Shown here: positions 33,563 through 43,445 of the stretch, one piece after another
How the letters are laid out: every line of letters starts with the position of its first letter
How positions within the stretch are numbered: position 1 is the stretch's first letter
Assembly: GCF_000027125.1 (NCBI RefSeq)
Contig: NC_017626.1
Origin: Escherichia coli 042
GTDB lineage: Bacteria; Pseudomonadota; Gammaproteobacteria; Enterobacterales; Enterobacteriaceae
Length of the DNA stretch: 64,000 nt
Direction: 5' to 3' (one strand)
Notes under the pieces: generated by a model
The model's database searches: none
Seen by the model: the letters and a program-made list of their open reading frames with translations, nothing else
Told to the model about the DNA's origin: nothing
Translations under genes and position numbers: made by a program

Positions 33563-33940
33563 TTATACGGTGGTTGCGGGCGCTGCCGGTGTCGGATAAA
33601 CAGCCAGATAAACGTAACCACAGGAGCCGAGGGTGTCGGCTTCGCAGGTCAGCCCTTTCGCATACAGTGTCACGGTATGCTGATGGCGGGGATTCAGTTC
33701 ACCACTGGTGAGCATGAGCTCCAGTTGTTTCATCAGCAGCGGAAAGGCCTGGTCCAGGTGGTATGCATCTGCATCGCTGAACCGGCCTCTGATACCGGCG
33801 CGGTCGGCAAGGTAATGCAACCGGTTACCCTTCTGCACCAGACGTGCCCCGAAACAGGGCGTCACGGTGCAGGGCAGTCCCCACCAGAGGCGGTCGTGAT
33901 TGTCGTCGGGAGGCGTTGTCCCGGGGAGTGTGTCTGACAC
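33563..33940 (-). CDS. cbeA: Type IV antitoxin, CbeA/YeeU/YfjZ family
   Basis: 125 aa beginning MSDTLPGTTPPDDNHDRLWWGLPCTVTPCFGARLVQ; sits upstream of the toxin gene. Confidence 0.85.
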   Translation of the reverse strand: MSDTLPGTTPPDDNHDRLWWGLPCTVTPCFGARLVQKGNRLHYLADRAGIRGRFSDADAYHLDQAFPLLMKQLELMLTSGELNPRHQHTVTLYAKGLTCEADTLGSCGYVYLAVYPTPAAPATTV

Positions 33941-34019
33941 GATAAAGTCCTCACAGAAAATCGGTTAAGAATGGTCCGGTAGTGGCGATAATTCTGCTCA
34001 TCAGAATTCCCTTCCAGAC

Positions 34020-34241
34020 TCAGTTCAGGGTGACGCTCATCAGCCGGACATACGGACCAAAACTGTCCTTACGGCGTTCTGCAAACACAGCCAGTACACC
34101 GGGAATATCCTGCACTTCACGGCCGGTATATGTATCCGTGCTACCGTGCCAGCGGTATTTACCGGTACAGAACGGAAAAAGACGGGATGCAGGATGCTGA
34201 CGGTGAATACGCATGGCTTCACCACGGGTGATGATTTTCAT
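34020..34241 (-). CDS. yeeT: DUF987 protein, YeeT/YpjJ family
   Basis: 73 aa; MKIITRGEAMRIHRQHPASRLFPFCTGKYRWHGSTDTYTGREVQDIPGVLAVFAERRKDSFGPYVRLMSVTLN, near-identical to recalled K-12 YeeT. Confidence 0.8.
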   Translation of the reverse strand: MKIITRGEAMRIHRQHPASRLFPFCTGKYRWHGSTDTYTGREVQDIPGVLAVFAERRKDSFGPYVRLMSVTLN

Positions 34242-34327
34242 GAGAATAGTCCTCCTGAATGTGAAAGTAAGAAACAGCTGAGAAAGAGAAACTGAAGTGA
34301 TATGAAGGTGATTGTGACGGTGACGGG

Positions 34328-34819
34328 TTAAAGCAGACCGTGTTCCGCAAAGGAGAAAACCTGGCTGCCACCGACTATCAGATGGTCCGGTACCCGGATA
34401 TCAACCAGGGCCAGTGCCTGTACCAGACGCTCAGTGATAAGGCGGTCTGCCTTGCTGGGGGGGACTTCACCGGACGGGTGATTGTGCGCCAGCACCACGG
34501 CAGCGGCATTGTGGTACAGGGCGCGTTTAATCACTTCCCGGGGATGGACTTCCGTACGGTTGATGGTGCCGGTGAAGAGGGTTTCACCGGCAATCAGCTG
34601 ATTCTGGTTGTTCAGATACAGCACCCGGAACTCTTCACGCTCCAGTCCCGCCATGTTCAGAATCAGCCATTCCCGTGCCGCATGCGTGGAGGTGAAGGCC
34701 ACGCCGGGTTCATGAAGATGGCGGTCCAGGGTTTTCAGGGCCCGCTGAATGAGGCTGCGCTCGCCGGGTGTCATCTCTCCGGGCAGAAAGGAAAGTTGTT
34801 GCATTGTGCTTCTCTCCAT
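34328..34819 (-). CDS. RadC-like JAB/MPN-domain protein (YeeS/YkfG/YfjY family)
   Basis: JAMM motif region HNHPSGEVPPSKAD; 163-aa ORF, true start possibly 5 codons in. Confidence 0.85.
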   Translation of the reverse strand: MERSTMQQLSFLPGEMTPGERSLIQRALKTLDRHLHEPGVAFTSTHAAREWLILNMAGLEREEFRVLYLNNQNQLIAGETLFTGTINRTEVHPREVIKRALYHNAAAVVLAHNHPSGEVPPSKADRLITERLVQALALVDIRVPDHLIVGGSQVFSFAEHGLL

Positions 34820-35293
34820 TCAATCGATGATGCGCATAATGGCGCTGCATTCCGGATGCTGCAGGGCGTAATCCCGCAGCCGGTAATAATGGACCGTCAT
34901 GGCATAACACTCCGTACGACAGGCATGATGACTGTACGTCATCAGACAGGCGGCAATGCCGGCGGCTTCCGGGCTCATTTCAGCGCGGTTACCGTTCATG
35001 GCATTGAACAGTACCCAGTTTTCGCCATCATCGTCATCCGGTTCGGGTGCCATAAATGCCCCGCCGTTGTTCAGGGTGTACAGATTCCAGATACCACCGC
35101 AGTAGTTTTCGCAAAGACGGTCCATCCAGCCGAAGACACGGGGCTCCAGGGTCACCCACTGTGGAATGAGGCCAAAGTGCTGCGGCCAGAAACTGATACG
35201 TTGTTCATCAGGGACGAGGCTGGCAACCAGTTGTTGCAGGTCAGTCTCCGGTGCTGAGACCGAAGAGGTGGTGTTCTGAGACAATGTTTTCAT
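34820..35293 (-). CDS. Antirestriction protein (YfjX/YafX/KlcA-ArdB-like)
   Basis: 157 aa; typical position upstream of radC in CP4-type islands; acidic DDDDGENW stretch. Confidence 0.78.
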   Translation of the reverse strand: MKTLSQNTTSSVSAPETDLQQLVASLVPDEQRISFWPQHFGLIPQWVTLEPRVFGWMDRLCENYCGGIWNLYTLNNGGAFMAPEPDDDDGENWVLFNAMNGNRAEMSPEAAGIAACLMTYSHHACRTECYAMTVHYYRLRDYALQHPECSAIMRIID

Positions 35294-35594
35294 ATGTGAA
35301 ATCCTTGTAGTGTGAATAAATGCGAGGAAGTAAAGGTCGGGTGGCTGATAACATCACGTTCATCACTGACCGTGAGACCCGGTAATATCAGGGATGAATG
35401 ATATTCGGCTGAAATTCCGGACAGCCGTACGCGTAACCGTTCCGGTCACAGACGGATGGCCTGATGCCATTGCCTGTACTCAGTCTGCACAGACTGATTT
35501 CTCCGGGACGGTAAAGCAGACGGGTATACCAGGCGCACAGGTCATCATCAGAAATGGAACGACATCCCGGCAGCGCCTTCAGGGACAGGCTGCA

Positions 35595-36413
35595 TCAGCG
35601 CAGGCTCTCCAGCAGCGTTTCCGCCATCACCCACAATGCGCGGTTGAGCTTAATATCGGTGTCGATGCTGTGAATGGCACGGGTGTGGATACGTTTTCCT
35701 CTGGCACTGCGACCGGAAATCCCGCCTTTCAGCATATTCTCCTGGATGGTCTGATAAGTACTCCACAGGTCCTTACCGTAATCCTCCCTGCGTCGCGGTG
35801 TCAGAATGTCAGCGGTGGTGACGGGCTGATGTTCGTCACCATAACGGTAAGTCAGTGCCGCCTGTGCCAGCGCCTGGCGTGCCGGTGGCGGCAGAATCAG
35901 CGACTGCATGGCATCACGCTTTTCCTCAATCCGGTCAAAAACCCCCACCACCTCGTAAGCCCCTTCAATGACTCTGTCCACCACATTTCCCCGGTGCGGA
36001 ACACGCACTTCCCCCAGAGACTGACCACAGACGCATCCGTTCTGGCAGACGAACCTGAAGTAACCCGGCAGCATCTGGTAGCTGGAGGTACCGTCATGAG
36101 AGTTGAGCAGAATAATTTCAGGGAAATGTTCTCCGTTTATCTCTCCGGCCCGCCGCAGACGCAGCATGTGTTTTGTGTATCCCCGGCGGCCCGGGTCGCG
36201 CACACGGGTCTGGCAGGCGAAGAATGGCTGAAAGCCTTCCCGCTGCAGGCTTTCCAGTACGGTGATGGTGGGGATGTACGTATAGTTCTGGCTTCGGGAC
36301 GTGTGTTTATCTTCCCCGAAAATCCCCGGCACATAGTGCATCAGTTCTTCGTGTGTCAGCGGACGGTCACGGCGTATCTGGTTCGCATAACCAAAACGAC
36401 TGGCTAGTCGCAT
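35595..36413 (-). CDS. DUF932-type protein (YafZ/YfjQ-like)
   Basis: 272 aa; conserved position in the CP4-like backbone; no catalytic motif recognised. Confidence 0.65.
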   Translation of the reverse strand: MRLASRFGYANQIRRDRPLTHEELMHYVPGIFGEDKHTSRSQNYTYIPTITVLESLQREGFQPFFACQTRVRDPGRRGYTKHMLRLRRAGEINGEHFPEIILLNSHDGTSSYQMLPGYFRFVCQNGCVCGQSLGEVRVPHRGNVVDRVIEGAYEVVGVFDRIEEKRDAMQSLILPPPARQALAQAALTYRYGDEHQPVTTADILTPRRREDYGKDLWSTYQTIQENMLKGGISGRSARGKRIHTRAIHSIDTDIKLNRALWVMAETLLESLR

Positions 36414-36512
36414 AATTTGCTCCTTATCGGTGGTTAAGATTTACTGGTGTAATAAATGAAAAAGCCACGTCTCCCGGAGAAGACGCGGCCTGATGGGTGA
36501 AATGAATGACGT

Positions 36513-36746
36513 TTATTGTCTGAGAAGACCGTCACTGGCGAGCCGCGTATTAAGCACCTTTCCGGCATCGGGTTCAGAATTCCGGCAGCGCCAGCGTCGC
36601 TGACCTTCCGCGTTGCGGATAACCCGACGGAAATGCATTCCCGGGTCATCCTGGATAAACACATTGCGGTAAGCTGTTATGACAGCAACCGCCTGCCCGT
36701 ATGAGAAAGATCCTTCAGCCAGGACATACTCTGTGTAACCCGGCAT
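36513..36746 (-). CDS. Small hypothetical protein (77 aa), possibly YkfF/YfjS-like
   Basis: Short ORF in backbone position; weak support. Confidence 0.35.
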   Translation of the reverse strand: MPGYTEYVLAEGSFSYGQAVAVITAYRNVFIQDDPGMHFRRVIRNAEGQRRWRCRNSEPDAGKVLNTRLASDGLLRQ

Positions 36747-36824
36747 ATCTGTTTTCTCCTGATAAATAAAAAGCCTCTGCCACGCGTTGTGACAGAGGCT
36801 GAAGCATGAAACTGACTTCAGGGA

Positions 36825-37280
36825 TCAGTTAACGTTTTTTCCGGAAACGGTAATTAGCAGTGGATGGTAGTCCTGGGGATCGAAAACCGATAACGGCAGA
36901 CTGACACGATGGCCGTTACTTTCTTCAGTTGCTTTAATGATTTCGGTTGTGGCGACATTTTCCACGCACTCCGTTTCCAGAAATGCGTCTGTGGTTCGCG
37001 TGGCATTACTGTCACCAAAAGCTTCCGTTTCCATTTTTCTGGTCACCAGCGTCTGACCATATTTGTCTTTGAGTTGCAGAGTGATGGTGAGGGGGCCAAA
37101 CCCTTCATCGTTTCCGCCATTATCCAGCCGGAACTGGTAAGCACAAATATTTCCCGGGAGCCATATCGTATCTGTATTGCGTATACTGATGTAACGTTGA
37201 TCCTGTGCCCGGAGTGGGGCAGACCACGTTAACCCCAGAATGAAGGCGGTAATCATGCAGGTTTTGAACAGGTGAATCAT
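36825..37280 (-). CDS. Secreted/periplasmic protein with signal peptide (151 aa), YfjT-like
   Basis: N-terminal hydrophobic signal MIHLFKTCMITAFILGLTWSAPLRA with an AQD cleavage-like site. Confidence 0.55.
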   Translation of the reverse strand: MIHLFKTCMITAFILGLTWSAPLRAQDQRYISIRNTDTIWLPGNICAYQFRLDNGGNDEGFGPLTITLQLKDKYGQTLVTRKMETEAFGDSNATRTTDAFLETECVENVATTEIIKATEESNGHRVSLPLSVFDPQDYHPLLITVSGKNVN

Positions 37281-37355
37281 GGTATTTACCTCTCTGAATC
37301 ATGACGATGACACTGACAAGTCAGGTGATAAAACGTAAAAGGTGCAGAATACTCG

Positions 37356-39878
37356 TTATGCCGGTAACTCCGGGGGTAATGCTTCTTCCAGCCGGTTAAC
37401 CATATTGCCGAGATGGGATGCATCATATTCCATGACGGGGCGTTGCCTGATGATACTGACCACCAGTGGTTTGATTAACATATTGGTCGCGGCCCGTTGT
37501 TGTATACCGGCGGCGAAAATGATCTCCAGAGCATTCTGATCGATAACACGGGCCAGATTCGCGTTCAGATTTTCTGTTTCATGTCCGGTCAGCAGGAAAC
37601 TGCCGGCAAGCCATGTCACCTGTTCCTGAATCATTGCCAGAATTTTGACGCGATCTTCTTCAACCAGCGCTCCGGCAATTTTTCCTGATACAGCGGAGGC
37701 AATCATTCCCCCCAGAACACCGCCAACCACACGCCCTGTCAGTGCACCAAATGGTCCCAGTGGACTGAACAGTATCCCGCCCGCCACTGACCCGACAGCT
37801 CCACCTGCCACACCGGAAGATGCCACGGCAAGATTCCTGATGAACTGCGTACCGGAGATCCGTCCCCGCAACATTTTGATCATGTCAGGGCCGGTTGTGA
37901 CAGCTACCAGTGCCAGAGATGTCACCAGCGTACCCTTCATCACTTTGTTCAGGGCACTGATATTTCCTGTACCGGTCCCCTTCTGAAGAGCCAGTCGGAC
38001 AGTCGGACTGGCCGTCGAAAAATCAATGTGCTTCAGCATACCCTGAACAACACTGAGCCGGTGAAGTTGCTGGGTTGTGACGTAGACAGCCAGTGTGCGG
38101 GTGAAGGTTTTTCCTGCCTGGACAGCAGCTGTCTGCAGGGCAGCATCGCGATCGCCGGTGCTGAGCCAGAAGACCGATGCCGTCAGGGCAAAACTGATCC
38201 CTCCGGCCGCCAGACTGACAACCGAACCCTCGGCAATATCATAAGTGACCGATTCGATGGTCCCGAACCGGGTGATATTACGGGCCTGGGTATAAGTCAG
38301 ATGTCCCCGACGAATCAGCCGGGACGCTTCTGCGGGATCGGTTACACCAGGTACTTTACCTTCGCGGATCTTATTCCTCATGGTTTCAACAGCGCCGGCA
38401 TACTGATCACGGGGGACTTCCAGTTGCATGGGGCCATGATTTCCCATGTAACGATACTGTCCGTTTTGTCCGTCGAATGCCGCACCGACGCTACGGGCTG
38501 CAGTTGAACAATATTTCGTCTGGATCTCTGTTCCGCTGACCAGTCTGTCTGCTCCATTTCTGGCATTATTATCACCGAGGATCCGTGCGTTTTTCAGACG
38601 GACTCTGTCGACAATATGGTTTCCCCGTTCAGCGGCAAACCCATGTCCCTGCCCTCCGGAAGCAAACATTTTCTCATTTGTACTCCAGGTTTCCGGCAGT
38701 TTCATGAGAATCAGACCATTCGCCGTTGCATCGGAAATAAAACTGTTGTAGGGGCGTTCATAAATTTCCTGACACAGTGTTTCTGTTTCGCGACAAAGAG
38801 AGGAGCAGTACCATTCCGGATCCGGCTTATGATTTTCCGGGGCATGATGTACTTCTGTCAGCCCGCAGGAGGCACAGATACGAAGCTCATCCACGTGATG
38901 GAATGATACAAAACGGCGACCTTCTGAAAAGGGATACCAGTCACCGCCGTCCAGGCAACGATCGAGAAAATCGTCATTCGCTTCCGGTGATAAATTCAGG
39001 CGGTTCCGGAAGAGGGTTTTCAGTTCATCAGGGGTAAATGACAGGCTCTCTCTCAGCTTTTCGTTGAAACCCGCCATGTTTCTTTCATACCAGGCATTGT
39101 CCAGTAGCCAGTTTCCGTCTGCCAGTTCAAATTCCCTCAGTTCTCCCCGGGAAATCCGTTGTGAAATGAGTGTCAGCCAGATGCGCTCCGTCAGCGTTTC
39201 AGGAAGGCTGTAATCGTTTTGCAAACTGCTCAGCCATGATTTACTGTTGAGCACCGGTTGTTCTTCCAGTGTCTGGCTGATGGCACTGGTCAGTCTTTTC
39301 AGCGCCTGGATCTGGCTGGCCGCCCATAGCAGCGTCACTAATGCAGCCAGCCAGTACAACAACCCGCCCCACCACATCAGTGAGGGTGAAATATCGAACT
39401 GCAATGCGATCAATGGTGCGTATGCAGAACACGCCATAAGGAAAAAGGCAGTATAAAAACAGCAGTAATACCCGTTAATTTCCTTGCTGATATCTTCAGG
39501 TGTGAGCCCGTTCTGCTGAATGGTTCTTATCTGCACGGGAAGAGCCAGCAGACCAGCGGCGAGAGCGGTGGTCAGAATAAATTTTACAGAGTCAAAAGTA
39601 TGAGCCTCCAGTGCGATATGTTTACCATCAAGTCCCCACATGAAGCTGATGATCATTCCGGCAATCGTCAGAAATACGCCTGCCAGCCAGCGAATATGGA
39701 ATAACCGGGTTATGCGTTCAGTGATATAGCCAGCCAGTAAAGCCGGACCGAACAGACACAGCAATATGAACCCTGCCAGCGCAGACGCTGTGCTGGTTAA
39801 TGCTCTGAACAAAAGGCGAAGAATGGCAAATCCTGCGATCAGCAGAATCAGCGCGCCGACTATCTGTAACATAGTCAC
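37356..39878 (-). CDS. YeeR-like inner-membrane protein (840 aa) with Gly-rich C-terminal segment
   Basis: Multiple N-terminal TM helices, Cys cluster (CASCGL...CSSLC), C-terminal Gly-zipper-like stretch GVAGGAVGSVAGGILFSPLGPFGALTGRVVGGVLGG; immediately downstream of flu as yeeR is in CP4-44. Confidence 0.7.
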   Translation of the reverse strand: MTMLQIVGALILLIAGFAILRLLFRALTSTASALAGFILLCLFGPALLAGYITERITRLFHIRWLAGVFLTIAGMIISFMWGLDGKHIALEAHTFDSVKFILTTALAAGLLALPVQIRTIQQNGLTPEDISKEINGYYCCFYTAFFLMACSAYAPLIALQFDISPSLMWWGGLLYWLAALVTLLWAASQIQALKRLTSAISQTLEEQPVLNSKSWLSSLQNDYSLPETLTERIWLTLISQRISRGELREFELADGNWLLDNAWYERNMAGFNEKLRESLSFTPDELKTLFRNRLNLSPEANDDFLDRCLDGGDWYPFSEGRRFVSFHHVDELRICASCGLTEVHHAPENHKPDPEWYCSSLCRETETLCQEIYERPYNSFISDATANGLILMKLPETWSTNEKMFASGGQGHGFAAERGNHIVDRVRLKNARILGDNNARNGADRLVSGTEIQTKYCSTAARSVGAAFDGQNGQYRYMGNHGPMQLEVPRDQYAGAVETMRNKIREGKVPGVTDPAEASRLIRRGHLTYTQARNITRFGTIESVTYDIAEGSVVSLAAGGISFALTASVFWLSTGDRDAALQTAAVQAGKTFTRTLAVYVTTQQLHRLSVVQGMLKHIDFSTASPTVRLALQKGTGTGNISALNKVMKGTLVTSLALVAVTTGPDMIKMLRGRISGTQFIRNLAVASSGVAGGAVGSVAGGILFSPLGPFGALTGRVVGGVLGGMIASAVSGKIAGALVEEDRVKILAMIQEQVTWLAGSFLLTGHETENLNANLARVIDQNALEIIFAAGIQQRAATNMLIKPLVVSIIRQRPVMEYDASHLGNMVNRLEEALPPELPA

Positions 39879-39992
39879 TCCGTGATGAATATCATGTTAT
39901 TGTGAATGCCAGTGAATGTGGCACTGAAATGTTTTCCCCCGTCCGGGTCCCGGTCATGATGACCGGAACCACAGAGAGGCAATGCAGAATTA

Positions 39993-42900
39993 TCAGAAGG
40001 TCACATTCAGCGTGGCCTGACTGTTATAACCTTCAGCGCTGCTGCCGCTGACGCTGTGGGCATAACCGGCCTGAACGCCCAGGGTGATATTTTCCCGGAC
40101 ACGGGCTTCCAGTCCGGCCTGCAGATCCAGTGAAGTGCCATTCTGTGAGGGAGAGAACGTCATCCCGCTGCCTGCGGTGGAGGTCCCCACACGCATATCA
40201 CCCCGGGAGCTGAAGGTGCGGATAACGGAAGGCTGTACCCACCAGTTCACCGGCAGTTCACGCACACTGTGTTTTGCACTGTCACGCAGGGGGGCACGGG
40301 ATGAGGTGCCTTCACCAAAGGTCATATCGTTGTGGCTGCCCAGACGGAAACCGGCACGCACATGTTGTGCACTGCCATGCCCGAACTTCACATAACCGGC
40401 GTTGTCCTTACCGTCATCCAGCGAAAGCCCCTGCCAGGTGTACTGCAGCCGTGGCTCCAGCATCAGGTTGTCAGTAATACTGAAGGGCAGACCGGTTTCC
40501 AGTGAGCCCAGCCAGCCCCAGCCCCGTGCGCGGAAGTCGTTATTGCCCGATGACGCTTTCATACTGTGGCGGGTTCCCTGTGCCACAATGTCAGCCCACA
40601 GGCCGGAGGAGGTGTGTGTCAGGTTCATATATCCGCCCAGGCTGCCGGCATCATCCCGGACCGTGCCGGCGCGGGAGCCGTCATCATCCTTAACATCAAC
40701 GGAAGAATGGCCTGCAGCACCATACACTCCTGTCGTCAGTGACATACCGGCGACCTCTGTTCTGAGCAGGTCACCCTCCAGACGGACGAAGCCATAGCTG
40801 CCGCTGCTTTCCGGCGTGGCCCCACGGGCAATACCGCCGTTGTTATCGTGACCGAGATGGCCGCCCTGAATGCTGAGACGGACGCTGTTATTTTCACCGT
40901 TTACACCGGTCTGATGGCTGCGTGAGCCTGCCAGAATCCGGTCATAGTCCATTGCCTGTGTCAGCATGGAGGCGTACAGGGGGACTTCAGCACGATAACG
41001 TTCTTCACTGCGCAGATACCAGCTCTCATCACTGTCCCGGTTGAGGGTGTAGTTAAAGGCCCCGGCCTGCAGCATATTCCCCTGGACAAAAGCCCCTTCC
41101 TCCGTGGTGGCACCGTTAATGGCCTCAACCACCTGAATACCCTTACCGGTGGTCGCCAGCCCCGTACCACTGTTGCCGGCGTTCACCAGATTCAGGATGG
41201 TTTTTCCGGTTGCCCTGCCACCGTCAATGACCAGTCTGTCAGCATTGTTCTGCGCCATATCCGGGCGTACACGCAGGCTGATGGTGCCATTCTGCCCGTT
41301 CAGGTTTTTCACCTGCAGGGTTGCCGGTACGAACTTCCCTGTGCGGGTGGAGGTGAAATGAATCTGTCCGGCATGGCTGAGGTCATCCACCACCGACTGC
41401 ACCGTGGCGTTATCAGGGATATTCCAGGTGGCACCGGATGTCAGGGTGACATTCGTGGGGTCAATGGCACCGTTCAGCACTGTGCTGCCGGTCAGCTTCA
41501 GGGCCGTGCCGCGCTGAGCGATGACATCCGTGGTGACGGTACTGTCGTTCAGCGTCAGCGTGCCTTCATTCAGGTTGACGGTTTTCTGGGTGAGTGTGGT
41601 GTTGCTGACAGTGAGTGTGCCACTTCCTGATTTTTCCACCCTGCCGTTACCGGTAAGAGCGCCTCCCTGCAGGAGTGCATCACCTTCACGGATGGTCAGG
41701 GTATCGTTATTCACCGTTTTCCCGGAAAGGGTAAGCGTGGCACCGTTATTCAGCGTGGTGGTGCCCGCCAGCGAGCCCCCTCTGGCAGTGAACAGTCCGC
41801 CATTTACCGTGGTATCCGTGGCCGTATCACCGGCGTTCAGCGTGAATGAACTGCCTTTTTCCAGCATCAGGGCATCCGCCTGACCGCCCCCGATACGGAA
41901 TGCCGTTCCGTCGCTCCGGGTACCACTGACAGCGGCCCCGGAATCGGCCAGCAGTACACCGCCATTCCCCATGGATACGGTGGTGGCGGCACCACCGTTG
42001 CGGACATCCAGCGTTCCGCCATCATCCACACGGGTATTAGTGGCTGTGTGTCCGCTCAGCACATCCAGACGTCCGCCATTTTCCAGTACGACATTATCAG
42101 CCTTACCCGCCAGAACGGAGAATGCTCCCAGGCGGTTTGTGCCGGTGACGGTTGCAGCTGTGCTGGTAACCAGTGCACCTCCCGTGTTCTGGGTGACATC
42201 AGACGCTTTACCGCCGGCATTCACCTGCAGCTTTCCTTTCTGGTTGATGGTGGTATGCGCGGTAGTTCCTCCTTCCTTAATCACCTGCCAGCCCCCCTCG
42301 TTAATTACCGTGTTCAGCGCAAGTCCGTATTTGTGCACATACTGGTTTCCTCCCTCCAGCCGGGTGTTATGTGCCTCGCCGTGTACCGTCTGGTCACCGC
42401 CGGCGTAAATGAGGGTGTCCCGTGCCATCCCCGAAGACCAGATAACCTGCCGGCCATTTTTGTTGATGGTGGTGGATTCAGCCGTCCCTCCGACCATCTG
42501 ACCGCTGGACACATTTTCAGACTCCGGACCACCTTCTGCACCGGTGTTGACGATGGTTCCGGTTGCCTGCCCGCCATGTTTAATGGTCTGGTAGCCAGAC
42601 TGGTTAATCACCGTTCCGGATGCACTGCCGCCTGCATGTATCCATTGTTCACCACCGTTAAGGACAGTACCGTAAGCCTGCCCGCGCAGATTCTGTCCTC
42701 CACCGGCACTGATAACCGTATCCGTGGCACTGCCACCTGCCATGACATCCTGCAGACCGTTTGCGGTGACCGTGGTGTTTCTGGCAGTGCCACCCCGGGC
42801 TATCTGCTGACCGCCGGTGTTGTCATCAGAGTCCGGCCCCAGCTCAAGCCCGGTACTGACAGTCACGCCATCAGCTGTTCCGGATACAAACTGGTTGTCA

Positions 42901-43112
42901 TGGTTTACCAGTGTTCCGCCATTCACTGTTTCACCCGGGTGCACAACGATGTCAGCAGCCAGCACCGGGAGTGACGTGACTGCGGCAAGAGACAGTGCAA
43001 CCGCCACACCGCCACGTTTACCCCGTGCGCGGGCCAGTTCGGAGGCAACCACGAAAGCGCCCGTAATGTGATTCCATACCAGCCTGTAGCAGGTATTCAG
43101 ATGTCGTTTCAT
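39993..43112 (-). CDS. flu: Antigen 43 (Flu) self-associating autotransporter adhesin
   Basis: ORF 39993-43118; from the third Met (MKRHLNTCYRLVWNH...) gives 1039 aa; extended signal peptide, beta-helical passenger repeats, C-terminal beta-barrel ending ...ATLNVTF. Confidence 0.93.
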   Translation of the reverse strand: MKRHLNTCYRLVWNHITGAFVVASELARARGKRGGVAVALSLAAVTSLPVLAADIVVHPGETVNGGTLVNHDNQFVSGTADGVTVSTGLELGPDSDDNTGGQQIARGGTARNTTVTANGLQDVMAGGSATDTVISAGGGQNLRGQAYGTVLNGGEQWIHAGGSASGTVINQSGYQTIKHGGQATGTIVNTGAEGGPESENVSSGQMVGGTAESTTINKNGRQVIWSSGMARDTLIYAGGDQTVHGEAHNTRLEGGNQYVHKYGLALNTVINEGGWQVIKEGGTTAHTTINQKGKLQVNAGGKASDVTQNTGGALVTSTAATVTGTNRLGAFSVLAGKADNVVLENGGRLDVLSGHTATNTRVDDGGTLDVRNGGAATTVSMGNGGVLLADSGAAVSGTRSDGTAFRIGGGQADALMLEKGSSFTLNAGDTATDTTVNGGLFTARGGSLAGTTTLNNGATLTLSGKTVNNDTLTIREGDALLQGGALTGNGRVEKSGSGTLTVSNTTLTQKTVNLNEGTLTLNDSTVTTDVIAQRGTALKLTGSTVLNGAIDPTNVTLTSGATWNIPDNATVQSVVDDLSHAGQIHFTSTRTGKFVPATLQVKNLNGQNGTISLRVRPDMAQNNADRLVIDGGRATGKTILNLVNAGNSGTGLATTGKGIQVVEAINGATTEEGAFVQGNMLQAGAFNYTLNRDSDESWYLRSEERYRAEVPLYASMLTQAMDYDRILAGSRSHQTGVNGENNSVRLSIQGGHLGHDNNGGIARGATPESSGSYGFVRLEGDLLRTEVAGMSLTTGVYGAAGHSSVDVKDDDGSRAGTVRDDAGSLGGYMNLTHTSSGLWADIVAQGTRHSMKASSGNNDFRARGWGWLGSLETGLPFSITDNLMLEPRLQYTWQGLSLDDGKDNAGYVKFGHGSAQHVRAGFRLGSHNDMTFGEGTSSRAPLRDSAKHSVRELPVNWWVQPSVIRTFSSRGDMRVGTSTAGSGMTFSPSQNGTSLDLQAGLEARVRENITLGVQAGYAHSVSGSSAEGYNSQATLNVTF

Positions 43113-43304
43113 CAGCATTTCCTTAATCAGAGTGAGGGTGAATAAAAAAGCCGGTATCCACAGATGTGGATACCGGCAGGTAAAGGGTTACAGTGCCGGA
43201 GGTCCGGCTGACGGAAGTTTCTGACGTGTGGCTCTGTTGTTCCCTGAATCTCATGTCTGTGTGTATCTGCGCACGTTGCTAACAGGAGTTATTATTAGCA
43301 TGAC

Positions 43305-43340
43305 GATCGATATAAACGATCGATAAAATAGGTATCGATC
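43305..43340. promoter_or_regulatory. Ag43 phase-variation switch: three clustered GATC sites (Dam/OxyR)
   Basis: GATC at 43305, 43318 and 43337 within gacGATCgatataaacGATCgataaaataggtatcGATCg, ~190-230 bp upstream of the flu start codon. Confidence 0.7.
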
Positions 43341-43445
43341 GTTTTATTCTATTATCAGGCTATTGCACGGACAAGAGAGACAGTAACGAAAACAGCGCTT
43401 TTGTGAGCAGACTCAGAGGCAGGGAGGACATCATCCACAACAGGT

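Noticed and set aside
34340-35257. 305-aa ORF on the + strand
   Set aside because: Antisense to the radC-like and antirestriction genes, which have clear family matches. Shadow ORF.
35394-36407. 337-aa ORF on the + strand
   Set aside because: Antisense to the DUF932/YafZ-like gene; low-complexity translation.
40084-42974. Multiple + strand ORFs (up to 308 aa) across 40-43 kb
   Set aside because: All are antisense to the Ag43 autotransporter gene, whose repetitive GC-rich sequence generates long spurious frames.
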